From assembly GCA_002291985.1 (NCBI GenBank), contig DBBB01000137.1, forward strand, positions 7,486-31,485: a stretch of 24,000 nucleotides of DNA, in the 5' to 3' direction. The stretch comes from Firmicutes bacterium UBA995 (GTDB taxonomy: Bacteria; Bacillota; Sulfobacillia; UBA995). Below the pieces are notes generated by a model. That model had not been told where the DNA came from and ran no database searches. It saw nothing but the letters and a program-made list of their open reading frames with translations. Below, piece by piece: positions 21,212 through 24,000 of the stretch; positions within the stretch are counted from its first letter, which is position 1; every line of letters begins with the position of its first letter. The position numbers and the translations under genes were made by a program.

Positions 21212-21365
21212 GGATGGCCATTCCTTCGGGGCAGGGTGAGGGCGGACGGTCGCCCAATTCCCGACCGGCGGTGATGTCCCGGCAGGGACGAGCCCGCGAG
21301 CCGCAAGGCAGGACCCGGTGAGAATCCGGAGCCGACAGTATAGTCTGGATGGGAGAAGGCATGCT
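21212..21365 (+). promoter_or_regulatory. FMN riboswitch (RFN element) aptamer
   Basis: Near-consensus RFN blocks are present: CCTTCGGGGCAGGGTGA...AATTCCCGACCGGCGGTGAT...GAGCCCGCGAGCC...GGACCCGGTGAGAATCCGGAGCCGACAGTATAGTCTGGATGGGAGAAGG. P1 pairs CCTTC (21223-21227) with GAAGG (21355-21359). A riboflavin-transporter gene lies downstream. Confidence 0.9.
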
Positions 21366-21375
21366 GCGACGGTTA

Positions 21376-21408
21376 CCCCCGGAAGGCCCCCTTCCGGGGG
21401 TTGTCTTC
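21376..21408 (+). terminator. Riboswitch expression-platform terminator
   Basis: An 11-bp stem pairs CCCCCGGAAGG (21376-21386) with CCTTCCGGGGG (21390-21400), followed by TTGTCTT. The CCTTCC arm could alternatively pair with the GGAGAAGG 3' strand of P1, forming an antiterminator. Confidence 0.6.
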
Positions 21409-21439
21409 CCGGCAAGTATCGACCTGGGAGGGAGTGCAA

Positions 21440-22000
21440 GTGAACCTGATCGGTAGTGCGGTCCAGAGCCGCGCGCGAGCAGTCGTCCTGGCTCGGGTGG
21501 GCGCCCTCGGCGCGGTGGCCTTCGTACTCATGTACCTGGAGACCCATCTCCCCGGATTTCCCGTTTTCCTGCAGTATGACACCGGAGACCTCCCCGCCCT
21601 GATCGGGGGTTTCGCCATGGGACCGGTGACCGGCATGGCCGTAGTGCTAGTCCGCAGCGTCCTGTTCTTCCTGTCGGGCAAGGATGAGGCGGGGTGGATC
21701 GGTACCCTGGCCAGCCTGGTGGCCAGCCTGAGTTACGTGGGGACGGCAACGGCGGTCTACTGGCGGCGGCGAACCCTCAGCGGCGCGGTGCTGGGGCTGC
21801 TGGCCGGCATCCTGGCCCTGGTGATCACCATGGGGCTGGCCAACTACTACCTGTTCATCCCCCTCTATCTCGGACAACTGGAGGCTGGCGTGCTCCTCGG
21901 GCTGGTCAGGACGACGATGCTGTTCAACCTGGTAAAGGGAATCCTTACCGGGCTGCTGGTAGTGATCCTGTACAAGCGAGTCCGTAGCCTGCTGCGCTGA
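21440..22000 (+). CDS. ribU: Riboflavin ECF-transporter substrate-binding (S) component, 186 aa
   Basis: The polytopic membrane protein carries the RibU/ECF-S-like block FLQYDTGDLPALIGGFAMGPVTG and lies directly behind an FMN riboswitch. GTG at 21440 lies ~6 nt after GGGAGGGAG. The ORF-track start at 21401 lies inside the terminator hairpin and is unlikely. Confidence 0.8.
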   Translation: MNLIGSAVQSRARAVVLARVGALGAVAFVLMYLETHLPGFPVFLQYDTGDLPALIGGFAMGPVTGMAVVLVRSVLFFLSGKDEAGWIGTLASLVASLSYVGTATAVYWRRRTLSGAVLGLLAGILALVITMGLANYYLFIPLYLGQLEAGVLLGLVRTTMLFNLVKGILTGLLVVILYKRVRSLLR

Positions 22001-22042
22001 AGCATCCGCCCCCTCCGGGCGGCGGCCGGGTCTCGGATGCCC

Positions 22043-22264
22043 TCAGTCGCCGTCGCCCGGGGTCGCAGGCGGCAAAGAACACTCCCGTAATCCGGCCAGC
22101 CAGGCTTCGGGCAGACTGGCCTCCGCGTCCACGCACAACAACCAGCCGCCCCCGGCAAGCGGCGAGGTGCTGACTTCCCCCGTCACCTTGAACTCGTCGA
22201 CGAGTTGCCGGGCGACCTGCCTTGCTCGTTCCCGTTCCCCGAACCGCGCCTGGAAGCTGTGCAT
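22043..22264 (-). CDS. Hypothetical small protein, 73 aa
   Basis: ATG at 22264 lies 19 nt after the mutM stop, with GGGGGGTG 4 nt upstream. Third-position GC is high, like the neighbouring genes. The sequence MHSFQARFGERERARQVARQLVDEFKVTGEVSTSPLAGGGWLLCVDAEASLPEAW... matches no family I recognise. The longer 149-aa ORF-track version overlaps mutM. Confidence 0.4.
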   Translation of the reverse strand: MHSFQARFGERERARQVARQLVDEFKVTGEVSTSPLAGGGWLLCVDAEASLPEAWLAGLRECSLPPATPGDGD

Positions 22265-22283
22265 GGCGCACCCCCCGGTGCGA

Positions 22284-23183
22284 TTATACCTCATCCGGGC
22301 GAAGATTGCGAACGTCAGTTCTTCCCGGCTGGCATATTGGGCAGAAGTAGGTGGAACGGCCGCCCAGGCGGGACCGCTCCACCACGGCCTTACAGCCCGG
22401 GCGCAAACACAGCTGCCCTGCCCTGCCGTATACCCGTAGCCGGTGCTGGAACTCGCCCGGCCTGCCTGTGCCATCCACATAGCTCTGGACACTCGTTCCC
22501 CGACAGGCTATGGCTTCGGTGAGCGTATCTTGGATCGCGGCCCACAAGGCGACGACCTCGTCCCCCGTCAGCGAACATGCCCGACGGCCGGGGTGGAGCC
22601 CCGCCCGGTGCAGACTTTCATCGGCATAGATACTGCCCATCCCCGCCGCCACCCGCTGGTCGAGCAACGCCTGCTTGACAGGCGTACGGCGGGCAAGCAA
22701 TCGTGCAGCGAGATAGCCGGGCGTGAAACCGCCCGCGAGCGGCTCGGTTCCCAGGCTTCGCAACCCCCGGGGGGCCTCGTCGCGAGCGCCGCCGAAAACG
22801 AGGTAGACCCGGCCGAAGTGCCGGAGGTCGGCCCAGGCCAACTCCGACCGGTCATCGAGGGTGAACAGGATGTGCGTGTGGCGGGCGACGACTTCCCCTG
22901 GGGGCTCAGCCCCGGGCGGGCGGTGAAGCAGCCTTCCCGCCATCATCAGATGGAAGAGCAGTTCCGCCGGCAAAGACCCGCAAGTGGACCCTAGCCTCAG
23001 CACAATATATTTGCCGTAACGGTCTATACTTTCGATAGTCCTGCCCACCGTATCCCGGGTGAACTCGTCCGGCGACCGGTTGGCGATGAAGGGGCGAAGC
23101 ACCCGGACCGAGACGATGGTTCGCCCGACCAGTCGGGGGCGGAGACCACGGCATATCGTCTCCACTTCCGGCAGTTCGGGCAT
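22284..23183 (-). CDS. mutM: Formamidopyrimidine-DNA glycosylase, 299 aa
   Basis: It has the N-terminal catalytic MPELPEVETICRGL and the C-terminal zinc finger CLRPGC...YFCPICQ. The start lies 3 nt after the polA stop. Confidence 0.9.
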   Translation of the reverse strand: MPELPEVETICRGLRPRLVGRTIVSVRVLRPFIANRSPDEFTRDTVGRTIESIDRYGKYIVLRLGSTCGSLPAELLFHLMMAGRLLHRPPGAEPPGEVVARHTHILFTLDDRSELAWADLRHFGRVYLVFGGARDEAPRGLRSLGTEPLAGGFTPGYLAARLLARRTPVKQALLDQRVAAGMGSIYADESLHRAGLHPGRRACSLTGDEVVALWAAIQDTLTEAIACRGTSVQSYVDGTGRPGEFQHRLRVYGRAGQLCLRPGCKAVVERSRLGGRSTYFCPICQPGRTDVRNLRPDEV

Positions 23184-23186
23184 GGC

Positions 23187-24000
23187 TCAAGCTTCCTCCA
23201 GCATCTCGAGATCATACCAGTTAGCACCGACTTTGAAGTCCACGGTGATCGGTACCGCGAGACACATGGCCCCGGTCATGGCCTCGCGGGCAAGTCCGGC
23301 GATTTCCGTGAGTTCCTCGGGAGGGGCTTCAAGAAGGAGTTCGTCGTGGACCTGCAAGATCATGCGTCCGCGCAGGCTACGGGCCTTGAGTTCGCGATGT
23401 AGCTTGACCATGGCCAGCTTGATGAGGTCGGCGGCGCTTCCCTGAATGGGCGTGTTGCGGGCCGCCCGTTCGGCGAAGCTCCGGGTCTGGCGATTGGAAC
23501 TGCGTAGTTCGGGGATGTAGCGGCGCCGGCCGAGCAGCGAAGTGACGTATCCCCGGCTGCGGGCCTGTTCCAGGACCTCGCCGAAGTACTCCTGTACTCT
23601 GCCGTAGCGCTGGAAGTACTGCTCGATATAGCGGGCAGCCTCGCCGACGGTGACTCCCAGATCTCGGGACAGACCGTAGTCCGTCATCCCATACACCAGC
23701 CCGAAATTGACCGCCTTGGCCCGATTTCGGAGTTCGGGGGTGACGGCGCCGAACACCTCCTGCGCCGTACGCGCATGAATGTCCTCGCCTTGCTGGAAAG
23801 CGTCGATCAGCACCGGATCGCCCGAGAGGTGGGCGAGAATCCGCAGCTCGATCTGGGAGTAGTCCGCGGCCAGCAGGCGGTGGCCGGGGTTGGCCGGCAC
23901 GAAGACCTTGCGGATGCGTCTGCCCAACTCCATCCGCACCGGTATGTTCTGGAGGTTAGGCTCGGAACTCGACAGCCGTCCGGTGGCCGTGCCCGTCTGG
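23187..24000 (-). CDS. polA: DNA polymerase I, C-terminal polymerase-domain part; the 5' end lies right of the window
   Basis: Motifs: LLAADYSQIELRILAHLSGDPVLIDAFQQGEDIHARTAQEVFG (motif A region), RNRAKAVNFGLVYGMTDYGLS (motif B), MILQVHDELLLE (motif C). The frame stays open to nt 24000. Confidence 0.9.
   Translation of the reverse strand, partial: QTGTATGRLSSSEPNLQNIPVRMELGRRIRKVFVPANPGHRLLAADYSQIELRILAHLSGDPVLIDAFQQGEDIHARTAQEVFGAVTPELRNRAKAVNFGLVYGMTDYGLSRDLGVTVGEAARYIEQYFQRYGRVQEYFGEVLEQARSRGYVTSLLGRRRYIPELRSSNRQTRSFAERAARNTPIQGSAADLIKLAMVKLHRELKARSLRGRMILQVHDELLLEAPPEELTEIAGLAREAMTGAMCLAVPITVDFKVGANWYDLEMLEEA

Noticed and set aside
22282-22289. GTATAATC (-10-like TATAAT) upstream of the 73-aa ORF
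   Set aside because: It contains the mutM TAA stop codon and has no matching -35 box, so it is probably coincidental. The small ORF is more likely read from the mutM transcript.
1-24000. Mobile elements, CRISPR arrays and defence or toxin-antitoxin systems
   Set aside because: I found no transposase, integrase or recombinase-like ORF, no terminal inverted repeats and no regularly spaced repeats of 24 nt or more. I also found no nuclease, ATPase or methylase-like ORFs outside the assigned metabolic and housekeeping genes.

Overview
This is a high-GC bacterial chromosomal segment. Hand counts on 60-nt samples give about 70% G+C in most genes. The right end has Firmicutes-like synteny (polA-mutM-...-coaE).

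Left half, a carbon-fixation neighbourhood:
- The 3' end of a formate dehydrogenase alpha gene.
- A strikingly low-GC single-gene islet encoding an SbtA-family bicarbonate permease. It lies beside fragments of a decayed DUF1275 membrane-protein gene.
- A tightly packed nine-gene minus-strand operon (13878->3208): acsE, acsD/cdhD, an archaeal-type cdhA, cdhB and short cdhC, acsC/cdhE, a Cys-rich DUF166-like gene, and a two-subunit 2-oxoacid:ferredoxin oxidoreductase.

Right half:
- A D-aminoacylase and a large secreted S8 protease.
- A small XRE regulator.
- A poorly resolved 0.9-kb patch.
- Two tandem tRNA-Leu genes with their own promoter.
- A remnant of an SLT-domain gene.
- coaE, an FMN riboswitch with terminator controlling ribU, a small ORF, mutM, and the 3' end of polA.

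I found no CRISPR array, IS element, integrase, toxin-antitoxin pair or recognisable defence gene.

The most interesting items:
- The chimeric archaeal/bacterial CODH/ACS operon with an embedded uncharacterised DUF166-like Cys-rich protein.
- The foreign-looking sbtA islet with a structured leader.
- Three perfect 13-mer direct repeats between two divergent promoters.

All family assignments come from motif recognition by eye. Coordinates of non-ORF features were hand-counted and may be off by 1-2 nt.
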